A stretch of 64,000 nucleotides of DNA, taken from Mobula hypostoma. Its lineage: Eukaryota. The position numbers were made by a program, and so were the translations under genes. The notes beneath the pieces were generated by a model. The model had not been told where the DNA came from and made no database searches. It saw nothing but the letters and a program-made list of their open reading frames with translations. Below are positions 51,601-64,000 of this stretch, one piece after another. Position 1 is the stretch's first letter. Every line of letters begins with the position of its first letter. The DNA lies in NCBI RefSeq assembly GCF_963921235.1, contig NC_086097.1, forward strand, positions 97,094,001-97,158,000, given 5' to 3'.

Positions 51601-54600
51601 AGTGACAGTGCTCCCCAAACAGTGGACCTGACTCCCGTCCCACGGGCGCTACATAGGCCAACCTATCTGGGAGCTTCTTAACCCTCCGAGACCTCTGTAC
51701 CCCCTCACCTAAACCCAAAAGGCTCAGACACTACTAGGGATACCTCGGGCCTGCTTGCCAACTCCTCTCTCACTCAGGCCACCATTACAGCTCAGAGCCC
51801 CCAGTCCCGTGTCCGGGCCCCGCCTCTCCTCCTTCCCAATCCTGCCACAACTCAGACTGCCCACAGCTAGCCCTCCCCACTACACCTGACTCAGTGGGAG
51901 AAGGGCCAAAGGTCTCTTCCTCAATCATGGGGAAGTTAGTGAAAGGCAGCATGTACCACATGTGCCCCACATCATCCTTTGAATCCGTATCCTTCCTCAT
52001 TCCCTCGATCGGTAGCTGCTGTTTAAGTTTCTCCAAACTGAAACATTTAGCTGGGGCTACCCCTTCAGCCTCCTGCAGTCGAGACGTCAGCTTCTTCGGG
52101 GACTCCTTTAACTCTCGCCACAGCCTCCGCAGTTCTGACTCAGGGTTCCTGGCCATCTCAGTCTGGGACGCAGTTACCCCACCAGCTTCTCCCTCCCTGA
52201 CCTGAAAAGCAGCAGTTAAAGAATGTTCAGCCTCCGGTGGTTTCTTCCTGAGGGCGTCTTCCAGGTCAACGTTCAGTTTTTCCACTTCATTTAAACTCAC
52301 GATAGTCAACTTCAGGTTCCTTTCAAGCGTCCGCCTCCCTTTACCGAGATCTGTCCTCCATTTCTTTACCTCCTCGGGAGTGTAGTCAAACTCCCCTCCC
52401 CGGGCTCTCGGTTTTCTGTTGACCTTAGTCAGAACACTTCCATGATCTTCCCCAACTTGCAAGTCTTCCAATCTGTTCTGAATCGACGTCTTGAGTTTCT
52501 GCTGATCCCTTCGAAGGCGGGTCATTGTTTCTTCTCGCTGGATTAATTCGTCAGTATATGACCGCAGTGCGGTGCAAATCCCCTTTCTCCCCTGTGTCTC
52601 ATTCAGATTGGCGACCCAGGTTTTCATCCCCAGGTCCACCACTGTCTGTCCCAACACCAGGAAGTTCAACTGGTATGTCGGGTCATTTTGCACCAAACTC
52701 CTCTGGCCAAAAACTCCTCCACATTTGACACTTCGCTTCGGTCGCCCGGGCTCAGCCACTCGCCTCGCCTCATAGTCCCCCCAGGCGAATCCAAGCTCTA
52801 GGCGGTCATCCACATACGTCAAAACTCCACACACCTTCACTTCCCCCATGGTCTTCCTCATGCCCCGCGGGAAGGATGTAGGGGCTCCGGATATGCCCTC
52901 GGGCATCTTTTCGGATTGGAGGAATCCTAGGGAACTAGTAAAGGCCATCTTCAGCTCAACAGCCGCACCCCTCAGGATCTGGCAACATCCACTCCTCAGA
53001 TGCAGCACATTAAACCACATCGCATCATCCACACACACGCTGCCTTCATCTTCCACGCCGCCAGGGTCCAGTTGCTGCGACCTCTCTCTCACTGAGGTGT
53101 CTTCAGCGGTCAACTTCCCTCCCTCGTGGTGGTTCGGAGCATCTACTAAGAGGGTCTCACCCTCAACTACTTTCCCCAAGCCGTACCACCGCTGGGTCTC
53201 GTTTAAATTCGGTACTGGCTCAAGCCTGCTACACACGTCCTCAGAAGCAACTCGACACGCTGGGTGCCCAGACAATGCCCCCATGAACTCCAGGGTCACT
53301 AACCAAACATTGTCTTCTGGATAACTACTGCCACTAGTACCCAAAGTCTCCGGTGCCCTTGCGGTTGTCAAGGATAAATGCTTCAGACACCGGTTGTAAA
53401 ACGAACTGTACAACAACTTGATCTGTGCCCCGAGGTCGAGGATGGCTTTAGCATCGCTTCCCTCTATTCATAACGACACCCTGGGGCGTGGTCCCTCTAA
53501 GCCTTCAGGAATAGGGTCTTTTCCTTGCGGAAGTTCAGTGGTACATTGCTGGGAACGTGCTTCCCCAGAGACCCCAAGCCTTTCCCCCACTGGGCCTCCA
53601 CTAAGTTTCTCGATCCCTCTCTGATCAGCTGAATAACTGAGGGAGGGGCTGATCCCCTGAAATGATCCCCCTGGTACTACAAGCAATTTAGCCGCCCTCC
53701 TCACCAGAGAAGACACACTGAAAACTTTCCCCCCCTCTTTCAAATAACTGACAGCTGTCACTACGGTGTAAGTGAACCTGACAGCTCTAACACTGTCACC
53801 AGCCCGCCTACTCAAACCTTCAACCAATCCCTGTCGCTCTCCCTCAACCGAGCACTGCCACTCATGTAACAACTGAGAGATCCTCTCCGCCCGCGTCTCA
53901 CACGCCTCCGCCCCTCTTGGGGTGGACACTATCCCAAGTGCCAGGCGGAGCCTGCCAGAGCTAGAACATTTATTCGCAGACTCTACCTCCAAATCAGACC
54001 ACTCTTTCCTCTCTCTCCCAACCGCATGGACAGCCCCGAGTGCCACCTCCAACTCGTCAATGCCAGCCTGAACTCGAACGAAGACCTCACCCACCACGCA
54101 TACAGCAATAACCAGCAAATAACCCACAGAGAGACACACTACAGATTTAAACAGGGCACTCACACAGCATACCAACAGCCTCAAGCATCCCGGACAAAGC
54201 CCCCACAATGTAGCCCCCCCGGCCACCCTCAGGGTCGCTCGGCTCGCTGTCGTCTAGGCAAACAGCCCTCGGCCCCGCCAAACTGGGTAATTAGTTTGTG
54301 TGGATGCTGTGTGAGGTACCCCACCCCGCCCAAATAACAGACAATACACCAGACACGATTAATTGATATACAGTTTATAGATATTACTGGAAATATATAA
54401 TTAAAAGAGAATAAATTATAAAAGGAAAATAAAGGGTGCCACACTTATCAAAGTTCAATCTCTTCGTGCACAAAAACCCGTTGGAGTTCAAGGACCTTCT
54501 TCTTCACCCTGCGACCCCCTCGGACCACCTCGACCGGCCGCCTGGGACCAACAACGGTGGTCGACCAGACGCTCCACAGGAGTCCGTCTCCGTCTCCTTG

Positions 54601-54920
54601 CCGAACGTCCCGCTCGGGGTCCGACCCCGTTAGCGGACTCACAGCACCTCGTCCATCCTCTGTCTCGCTCTCCCGCCTGCTACCCCAAAACCCCATGCAT
54701 ACAGTATCTTCAAATACACCAAAACCATAACAACTATCCCAATTGGTTAATAACGTATTTCTTATCACCCTCTAAACCAAAATAAGCTGCTAGTGCGAAC
54801 TTTCTCAATGTTTAAACACAACAAATCCGCATTCCCCAGATTAACATAACAAAGACGCCATTTTAATTAGCCTCCGCAGTAACATAAAAGTCGAAACCCC
54901 CTTACACTGGTTTAGTAACA
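45602..54920 (+). mobile_element. Gmr1-like Gypsy LTR retrotransposon, RT-deleted (outer element)
   Basis: 5' LTR 45602-46477, 3' LTR 49949-50821 + 54911-54920, TSD GGTC, PPT ggagagagg. SCAN-like Gag, protease LRDTGAS, integrase (HHCC, DCVGP, SDQGSNF, ERF) directly after the protease. Confidence 0.93.
50822..54906 (-). mobile_element. Non-autonomous Gypsy LTR element (PNMA-like Gag) with myosin-rod-like insert (inner element)
   Basis: LTRs 50822-51503 and 54209-54906 (TGTA...TACA), TSD CTGG, tRNA-Pro-type PBS tgggggctttgtccgggat, PPT ggggggagag. Gag/PR/RT/RH remnants in one frame. Confidence 0.93.
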
Positions 54921-55497
54921 GGTCAACTTAAGTAAAGAAAGGACTAATAGGAAAACTGAGAAAAAAGAATGTCCCAGTTCCTGCTTGGATATCGAATTTA
55001 CACTGTCTGAACTTAAAAGGGATATTAATAGTGCTGATGAAACATCACCTGGGAAAGATGATATTTGTTTTAATATGTTTACACAGTTATCGTATTCAAA
55101 GCTTGCGCTGGTTTTGAAATTCTTAGATACAAGATTGGCTGAAGGGGGATTTTCTGCTTCCTGGAAGTTAGTGGTTGTTAACCCTATAGTGAAACCTGGT
55201 AAAGATCAATTATATCCTTCTAGTAAAAAACCTATTTCGTTCACTTCACGTGTATGTAAGATAATGGCTTTCTTTTTGTGGAAAGGAATGGAAAATCAGC
55301 TGTGTAGCAGTTTGGATTTCGTAAAGGGAGAATGACCTGGGATTTGGTGTTAAGTTTATAATCTGATATTTGTAAGACCCAAGTTAATAAAGAATCAGTG
55401 GTAGCAGTTTTCTTTGATGTAGAGAACCCATATCATATATTATGGGTACAAAGATTGCTGCTTAAACTGGAAAAGATGGGAATAGGTGGTAGAATGC

Positions 55498-55498
<1 letters not shown>

Positions 55499-55556
<58 letters not shown>

Positions 55557-55568
55557 ACACACACACAC
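55499..55568 (+). repeat. (AC)n microsatellite
   Basis: Seen directly. Confidence 0.97.
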
Positions 55569-56280
55569 CTGGAACTCTGCAGGCCAGGTTGTATCTATGG
55601 AAAAGAGTAAACGGTCGACACTTCAGGCCGAGACCCTCCATCAGGTCTGAGAAAATGGACGAAGAAAGTGGGAGGAGGGGAGGAAGAAGTGCAAGGTGGT
55701 AGGTGATGGGTGAAACCGGGAGGGGGAGGAGGGTAAGTGAAGAGCTGGGAAGGTGATTGGTGAAAGAGATGAAGGGCTGGAGGATGGGTAATCTGATAGG
55801 AGAGGGTGGAAGTGGGAGGAGCACCAGAGGAAGGTGACGGACACCTGAGGAGATAAGATGAGAGAGGGAAACCGGAATGGGGGAATGGTGAAGAGGGGGG
55901 AGAGGCAATCACCGGAAGTTTGAGAAATTGATGTTCATGCTATCAGGTTGGCGGCTGCCCAGACGGAATATAAGATGTTGCTCCTCCAACCTGAGCGTGG
56001 CTTCATCGCGACAGTAGAGAAGGCCATGAACTGACATGTTGGAATGAGAATGGGAAGTGGAATTGAAATAGGTGGCCACAGGGAGATCCTGTTTTTTCGG
56101 CCCACAGGTGCTCGCCGAAGCTGTCTCCCAAACTATGTTGGGTCCACCAATATACAGGAGGCCACACTGGGAGCACCAGATACAATGGATGAAACCAACA
56201 GGCTCAAAAGTGAAGTGTCACCTCACCTGGAAGAGCCTTTTGGGGCCCTGAATGGTAGTGAGGGGGGAGGTGCTTGTTCC
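55569..56280 (-). mobile_element. Penelope-like 3' fragment + pLTR
   Basis: GIY-YIG tail similar to 720-1080. Degenerate hammerhead at ~55613-55649. Confidence 0.85.
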
Positions 56281-56550
56281 ACTTGCATAGATGGTAGAAT
56301 GTTCATTTGAATTCAGTATTTTTATGTGATAGGAAGATACAAGTTAGGATGGGAACAACATTCTCTAGGGATTATGAGATAGTCAAATGGATTCAACAGT
56401 ATTTATAATTTTATGAATTTTATGATTAATTATACTTACTTAAATGTTGCCTCGGACATTTCCAAATCGTTATATGCTGATGGCGTAGTGTGAAAGAGAG
56501 GCAGGAATATAATTGATATAGTTAGGAAAATGTGGGCAGCTATTCATAAT

Positions 56551-57361
56551 AGTCATAGTCATACTTTATTGATCCCGGGGGAAATTGGTTTTCGTTACAG
56601 TTGCACCATAGATAATAAATAGTAATAGAACCATAAATAGTTAAATAGTAATATGTAAATTATGCCAGTAAATTATGAAATAAGTCCAGGACCAGTCTAT
56701 CGGCTCAGGGTGTCTGACCCTCCAAGGGAGGAGTTGTAAAGTTTGATGGCCACAGGCAGGAATGACTTCCTATGACGCTCTGTGCTGCATCTCCGAGGAA
56801 TGAGTCTCTGGCTGAGTGTACTCCTGTGCCCACCCAGTACATTATGTAGTGGATGGGAGGCATTGACCAAGATGGCATGCAACTTAGACAGCATCCTCTT
56901 TCCAGACACCACCGTGAGAGGGTCCAGTTCCATCCCTACAACATCACTGGGCTTACGAATGAGTTTGTTGATTCTGTTGGTGTCTGCTACCCTCAGCCTG
57001 CTGCCCCAGCACACAACAGCAAAGATGATAGTACTGGCCACCACAGACTCGTAGAACATCCTCAGCATCGTCTGGCAGATGTTAAAGGACCTCAGTCTCC
57101 TCAGGAAATAGAGATGGCTCTGACCCTTCTTGTAGACAGCCTCAGTGTTCTTAGACCAGTCCAGTTTATTGTCAATTCGTATCCCCAGGTATTTGTAATC
57201 CTCCATGATGTCCACGCTGACCCCCTGGATGGAAACAGGGGTCACCGGTACCTTAGTTCTCCTCAGGTCTACCACTAGCTCCTTAGTCTTTTTCACATTA
57301 AGTTGCAGATAATTCTGCTCACACCATGTGACAAAGTTTCCTACCGTAGCCCTGTACTCAA
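56551..57361 (-). mobile_element. Rex1/Babar-like LINE 3' part
   Basis: KTKELVVDLRR...YKYLGIRIDNKLDW...LYFLRRLRSF...SFLPVAIKLYN, followed by AATAAA and an (atgact)n tail. Confidence 0.88.
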
Positions 57362-57815
57362 CCTCTAACTTCCGCTAATGCCCCACCTCCCCCTCGTACC
57401 CCATCCGTTATTTATTTATATACACACATTCTTTCTCTCTCTCTGTGCTTTTTCTCCCTCTGTCCCTCTCACTATACCCCTTGCCCATCCTCTGGGCTTT
57501 CCCCCCCTCCCCCTTTTCTTTCTCTCTAGGCCTCCTGTCCCATGATCCTCTCGTATCCCTTTGGCCAATCACCTGTCCAGCTCTTGGCTCCATCCCTCCC
57601 CCTCCTGTCTTCTCCTATCATTTCAGATCCCCCCCCTCCTCCTCCCACTTTCAAATCTCTTACTATCTCTTCTTTCAGTTAGTCCTGCCGAAGGGTCTCG
57701 GCCCGAAACGTCGACTGTACCTCTTCCTAGAGATGCTGGTTGGCCTACTGTGTTCACCAGCAACTTTGATGTGTGTTGCTTGAATTTCCAGCATCTGCAG
57801 AATTCCTTGTGTTTA
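57362..57815 (+). mobile_element. Isolated Penelope pseudo-LTR
   Basis: Close reverse-complement match to ~310-732. Confidence 0.9.
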
Positions 57816-59129
57816 CGAAATCCGTATTTGCCATTTATTCATCACGGAGTCAAGTGCATTTCAAACGGTGCCTGCCTTTCTATCAATGTATAAGAAAATG
57901 AACATACAGTAGAAAGCCGTGTGATGCGCCCCGGGTTACCGATGCAAATTCAAGTCTAATTGTCATTCAATCACACATGCGTTCTGCCAAATGAAACAAA
58001 GCTCCTCGAGGAACAGAGTGCGAAACACAGTAAGATCAATCACACACAGCACTCAGTACACATGGCACATATAGTTACCATAGTAGAAAAAATACAGTTA
58101 CAAACCAAGTCTCTGAGTGGCATGCATGGAGATTGATGGTGCGTGAGATGCTGTCCTGGGGCTACGTTCTTGCAAAAACAAGCGTACAGCTAGTGTAACC
58201 ACAGATGAACGCAATCCAGTTTTTCTTTTACCGAGAGAACACTAGAGTGCAGCACGAATGGGAGGGGACCCAACAGATACTGAAGTGTGTCTCCTGTGCT
58301 TCTGATTCTCCCACACCATCTCCCTGGGCGGCTGAAAACCGGCCGTGCCGTGGCATGAGGGCCTGGTCCGTGCAAAAGGCAAAGCCGTGCAGCTCCCCCG
58401 CTTTCAGTCTCGCCAATAAATCAATGGCCCAGTCTTGCAGTATTCCACATTAAACGTGCCCATTTGTTGGGCCACTCACAAAATGCCGGTGGAACTCAGC
58501 AGGTAGAGCAACAAATGTGGACAGGCACATCAGCTATCGTTGGGGCATCTGCTTAAAGATCTCCAGTTTAAAAATGGAATATTTTTGTTCACTTCCTGAT
58601 ATGTGGAATCTACTGCAGTAGAGTTTATCTTCCTAATAACACCAAATTGAAAAAGAATAAATAATTAAAATTGCAGGTATTGGAAATCTGAAACCAAAGA
58701 GAAAATGTTGGCAATAGGCAGCGTTCGAAAGGGAATGAGTTTTCAGTTCAGTCTGTGCCCATTCAGGTTAGGTAAAAGAAAGATGCAAGTAAGTTTCCAG
58801 TCGGAGGTAAGGTGGAGGGAAGTCAAACACAGTGAATGCCCGTGATTGGATGCAGTTAAATGGCTTAATGAGGATAGTTACAGGGACGTTGTTAAAGGTT
58901 AGATGGCCAAATTGCCCTGTAAACTAGATGTGGGGGGAGGGGATAAAAAGATAGAAAATGGAAAATAATGAAATATCTAAGTATATCAGGCAGTGGAAGG
59001 AAAAATAATGTTTCAGTTGATAAACCCTTTACCAGACCCCAGAAGGAGAGAAAGTGTTAATCCTGGTAGTTGCAATATGTGGTCAGAGTCAAGAGTAATT
59101 ATCTGATAGCGTGAACGTGTGATAGGTAG

Positions 59130-60700
59130 AAGAAAGGAATTTGAGAATACAGATCTATAATTCCTTGAAAGTGACATCGCAGGTAGATAGGGTCGTGAAG
59201 AGAGCTTTTGGTACATTAGCCTTTATAAATAAGAATACTGAGTACAGGAGTTTGGATGTCATGTTGAAGACATTAGTGAGGCCTAATTTGGAGCAGTATG
59301 CGAAGTTCTGTCCATCTATCTATGAGAAAGATATCAATAAGAAACATAGAAAAACCTACAGCACAATACAGGCCCTTCAGCCCACAAAGCTGTGCTGAAC
59401 ATGTCCTTAACTGAGAAATTATCTAGGGTTACCCATAGCCCTCTATTTTTCTGAGTTCCATATACATGCCCAGGCATCTCTTAAAAGACTCTGTCGTATC
59501 CACCCCCACCACCATCGCTGGCAGCCCATTCCACGCACTCACCACTCTCTGCGTCAAAAAACTTGCCCCTGACTTCCTACTTCCAAGCACCTTAAAACTG
59601 TGCCCTCTGGTGATAGCCAATCCAGCCCTGGGAAACAGCCTCTGACTATCCACACGATCAATGCCTCTCATCATTGTATGCACCTCTATCAGATCAACTC
59701 TCATCCTCCGTCGCTCCAAGGAGAAAAGGCCAAGTTCACTCAACCTATTCTTATAAGTCATGCACACCAATACAGGCAATACAGGAATTACAATACTTGT
59801 AATTCTCCTCTGCACCCTTTCTATGGTTTCCACATCTTTCCTATAGTGAGGCGACCAGAACTGAGCACAGTACTCCAAGTGGGGTCTGACCAGGGTCCTA
59901 TATAGCTGCAACATTACCTCTCGGCTCCTAAACTCAATCCCACGAATGATGAAGGCCAATTCACCATATGCTTTCTTAACCAGAGTCAACCTGCGCAGCA
60001 GCCTTGAGTGTCCTATGAACTTGGACCCCAAGATCCCTCTGATCCTCCACACTGCCAAGAGTCTTACCATTAATACTATATTCTGTCATCATATTTGACC
60101 TACCAAAATGAACCTCCTCACACTTATCTGGGTTGAACTCCACCTGCCACTTCTCAGCCCAGGTTTGCACCCTATCAATGTCCCGCTGTAACCTCCGCAC
60201 TATCCACAACAGGTTAAAAATAAGATTAAAAGAGTACAGCGATGTTGCTAGGACTTGAGGACCTGAGATATAGGAAAAAAGCTGAATAGTTTAGAACTCC
60301 CCCGGAGTGTGGGAGAACAAGGGGAGAGTTGATAGAGGTATGCAAATTTATGAGTATGTATTGTATTTTCTCCTGAGGTTTTATGAGTATGTATTGTATT
60401 TTCTCCTGAGGTTGGGTGGAACTAGAACTAGACATCAGGGGTTGAGGGTGGAAGGTGAAATGTTTAAAGGGAGCATGAGGGGGAACTTCTACACTCGGGG
60501 GTTGGTAAGAATGTGGAATGAGCTGCCGGGGAAGTGGTGGATGTGGGTTCAGTTTCAGTATTTAAGAGAAGTTTGGATGAGTGCATGGATGGGAGGGGTG
60601 TGGAGCACGGTTGTCCTGGTGCAGGTTGGTGGGACTCGGCTTGGACTAGATGCGCTGAAGTGCCTTGTTCTTTGCTGTAGTACTCTATGTCTCTATGACC
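59130..60700. mobile_element. Nested CR1 3' fragments: minus copy ~59343-60210 inside an older plus copy
   Basis: LYRTLVRPHLEYCAQFWSP on minus. The plus copy resumes at ~60218, with aataaga on both sides. Confidence 0.8.
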
Positions 60701-61364
60701 TCCTGCTTGGTCAATACAATGCCAGAGATGCGAAGAGATGTCAGGAGTCACATTCACACCTGTTCCGCTGCATCAGTAGTAACACAGGTTGTGTGGTCCA
60801 CAGTAACAAATCATCACTTATACCCACAGCAATGACTGAGAATAAGCCTTCCAAGCTTTGTAATCTGTAAGACAGTCTTATTGCACCTAGGATTGACATA
60901 ACTTTGTGAAAGGACATGTGGTGAGTCTTTGAATAGGTGGTTAAAAATATCCAGTTACATCCAGTCAGAGATAATTGAAATAATTCCGGAGTAATATAAG
61001 ATTTGTGCACACGAGGCATTGATATACTTGTGAAGAGTTGCATAGTCCTACTACCCACACATTTTGACAGATCCCCGCCTCATCTGGTTTCATCTGACCT
61101 ACATCTCTTCCTTAATAGTTCATTTCCTTACTTATCATATTGCACCACTCATAGATGCTTTGTGTTCCCACTTTTCATACTCGTGGCTGCCCCCATCTTC
61201 ACTCTCCCCCTCGCAGACCTGGCTCCATTTGCCCAATATTCTTTACCCTCACCCTCCACTCTTTATACCAGCCCTTCCTTCCCTGTCAGTGCTGATTCAG
61301 GTTCACAACCTGAAATATCAACAATTCCATTCCTTCCCCGGATGCTGCTTGACCTGTTAACGTC

Positions 61365-61765
61365 CGTAAGACCATGAGATATGGGAGCAGAATTAGGCCA
61401 TTTGGCCCATTGAGTCTACTTCACCATTTCATCATGGCTGATCTATTTCTCTCTCAACCTCAGTCTCCTGCCTTCTCCCCGTAACCCTTCGTGCCCCGAC
61501 TAGTCAAGGGCCTGCATTAAATATACCCAATGATTCGGCCTCCACAGCCAACAATGGCAAGGAATTCCACGGATTCGCCACTCTGCCTAAAGAATGTTCT
61601 CCTCATCTGCGTTCTACGTGGACGTCTCTCTATTCTGAAGCTGTCCTCGGGTCTTGGACTCCCCTACAGTAGGAAACAACTTCTCCTCATCCACTCTGTT
61701 GAGACCTTTGAAGATTCGATAGATTTCAATGAGCTCCCCCCTCGTTCTTCTGAATTCCAGTCCAT
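61365..61765 (-). mobile_element. CR1 3' end
   Basis: CR1-type 3' UTR similar to the 26400-26520 and 26820-26920 motifs. Confidence 0.65.
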
Positions 61766-61768
61766 GTA

Positions 61769-64000
61769 TGTCACGGTCCATACCAGCTTCCGGGGTTTAG
61801 AAGCTCTAATTCTCCGGAGTATGGATAGCTGGTGCGGCCCCTTTTGGGGTTTAGGATCGATCCGCTAATTAGCAATCATGTTCTGGACGCCAAGAATAGA
61901 GTATTTAAAGAGCACCTGATCGGTCCTCAGTGTTCAATCGTTAGCCCGATCAGAGATATAGTCCAGTGTTTCGTTTTGCGCTAGGTTCACGATTCAGTAC
62001 TGTATCTTGGTCCGAGCCTCGAATAGTCCAGCATTTGGGTCCAAACCATTGTCGTGAAGAACTTTCATCCCATTACGATTGAGCCAGCATAAACTCATTG
62101 ATCTTTTAGTGTCTCTCGTCCGCTGTGACCAGTCCCAGCGAGAAGATTTCCAGACAGAGCCGGGAGATACACGACCTCCGGGTAGCCGTTTGTCAAATTT
62201 CGCAAGGGGGAAATCAGAGTCGCCTGGGAGAGCCAGTCGTTCGCTCTGCGGAACCAGTACATCTTCCAAGCCGGAGAGACCCGGGCTCTTGCCACGGCTT
62301 CCTCATGCAGCGCTCATTACTGTTGGAAATCCAGCCGTCCTAGTTCCCTTCAGAACACGGAAAGCTGTCTTCATTATCTCTATTCCGACCGGAAAAACCT
62401 TGGTCTGGGCTTCCTTCCGCGCATTGGGAATTCATTGATGCCATGAGGAAGGTGTTTCAATCGTCTGGTGAAGATTCGAAAGGGTGGTCGGTCCGCGGCC
62501 GATTACGGCATCGAGTTTTGGATCTTAGCCCGAGAGAATGTCTGGAACGCGGAGGCCTTGGCTACTCTACACCGCCACGGACTCCGAGACGAACTGAAGG
62601 AATCCCTCGCAATGGGAGAGCCAGCAGGTGACTACGAAGTTCTAATCGACCTCGTCTCGATGATCGTGTGGGACTAATTCGAGGTCGAAGGCGGCTAACC
62701 GAGGCCAGCTTCAACTCCCCCCACAATCCGATCTCGGACCATGACCTGCCCGTCCGCCGTTCGGGACTTAGTCGAACCCAGACAGATTGGCTGCACTGGA
62801 CTCTCCGCCATTGAAATCCCGGCGCCAGAACTCCTATTGATGTGGGGAGATGGGTCTCCTGCGGGCCGAAGACCCGAGGGTGCAGCCGTTGGGATAACAG
62901 CAAAGACAGTCCAGTGTCGGGAGAATTGACCCCATAGCAGCCACTACTCCCGATTCCAGGGATTCTGGTTTCGTGCTGAAAGCGGAGATGACCTGGGGTA
63001 AGAAACGGCGGCAGTTGAAGGCTTTTGTGGGCTCTGGGGCTGCGGGGTAACGTTTTGGATTCGGGACCGCCTGTCGGCTCGAGAGGCAGCTGCGAGAGTT
63101 TAGCCAGTCCCTGCCGGCAACTGTCTTGGACCGCGGCCTGCTAGGTTCCGGCCAGGTGCAGCAATAGACTGCGCTATTGGATAGGGCATCATGTGGAGGA
63201 CATTATTTTCTACATCATTGACTCACCAGTCATATCCTGATCCTCGCGAACCCCTGCTGTCCCAACATAAACCATTCGTGATTGGAAGGAGAGGAGAATC
63301 ATAGCTTGGTCCAGTCATTGAAAGAGGGCATGTTTGCGGCATGGTGTTGCTACCCCACGACTCCCCGTAGATCAGCGATCAACAAGGGGCAGACTTCGGT
63401 GCAAGGCAACCTGAGGCCTTCTGGAGACCTAGTCCTGCCTTGAAGGACAGACAATCCGGTCCCGGCCAACAGGACCGTGCGTGTCAACCCCGTCTGGTCG
63501 GGACCGCACAGCAACTAGAGATGGGAATCTCTTGTTCAGGAGATGCCCGAGCAGTCTGGAACACTTGTAGCTAAGCCTAAGGAATCCAGCGGCCAGGTAT
63601 ACGCAGATCCTTAAAGCACATACGGGGCGGCGCGGGGGTGGCGTGGATTTGTAACGCCTTGCTTCCGTCGCCTGAGATTACAGACAAGGATACTGACTGA
63701 TTTGGCCAGTTTCTACAAATGAGTTGTGAACCTAGGAAGGGGAGTCTCTCACTTGAGAAGCCTTAAGGGTCGTCCTCTAAAGGAAGGTCCGGAAGAGACT
63801 GCACCACCAAGGGCTCGCGTCTCCATGGAGTTTGTCACGGGTCTTCCACCATCCAAGAGAAAGACTGTCATGTCGCTCGATTTTCGAAAGTTTGCAAATC
63901 CTTTGCCTTGGATGAGCTACCATCTGCAGCGAGGACGGCCGAAGTTGTCCAACACCAGGTCTTCAATATCCACGAATTCCAAGTAGACATGGTCTCGGAT
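61769..64000 (+). mobile_element. Degenerate Sushi-like Gypsy LTR element, runs off the window
   Basis: TGTCACG start, Gag-like DYGIEFWILA...GLRDELKESLA, protease-like AFVGSGAAG, integrase-like VSMEFVTGLPPS. Confidence 0.7.

Larger units (their letters stand above)
44670..56545 (+). mobile_element. Old I/Nimb-like LINE, fragmented by nested insertions (pieces ~44670-45601, 54921-55495, ~56280-56545)
   Basis: Collinear motifs SAIDLTLVS, WNFKQTNW, VPWW, FTLSELK..SPGKD, AVFFDVE, LYADG. Clade assignment tentative. Confidence 0.65.

Noticed and set aside
60348..60413. 33-bp two-copy tandem duplication
   Set aside because: Local slippage within a dead CR1, unrelated to the coding repeat.

Overview
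Eukaryotic, repeat-dense vertebrate genomic DNA, most likely a cartilaginous fish (ray or shark; inferred only from the repeat landscape). Two spliced host genes lie on the minus strand. The first is a complete 3-exon EEF1AKMT3/METTL21B-like lysine methyltransferase (36154-33269, 230 aa). The second is the 5' part of a phospholipase C-delta-like gene: its PH-domain exons (13024-12860, 11445-~11217) splice in frame to an unusual 1.48-kb first coding exon (15626-14147) encoding a signal-anchor-like helix and 23 tandem 11-aa Pro/Glu/Asp repeats. The rest is mostly retroelements: Neptune-type Penelope-like elements whose pseudo-LTRs carry minimal hammerhead-ribozyme motifs, a near-intact HERO-like restriction-endonuclease LINE, CR1/RTE/Rex-Babar/I-like LINE fragments, solo LTRs, and two nested Gypsy elements with intact TSDs. 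The inner Gypsy carries in-frame segments resembling the myosin heavy chain rod. All homology calls come from recognising motifs by eye, not from database searches.
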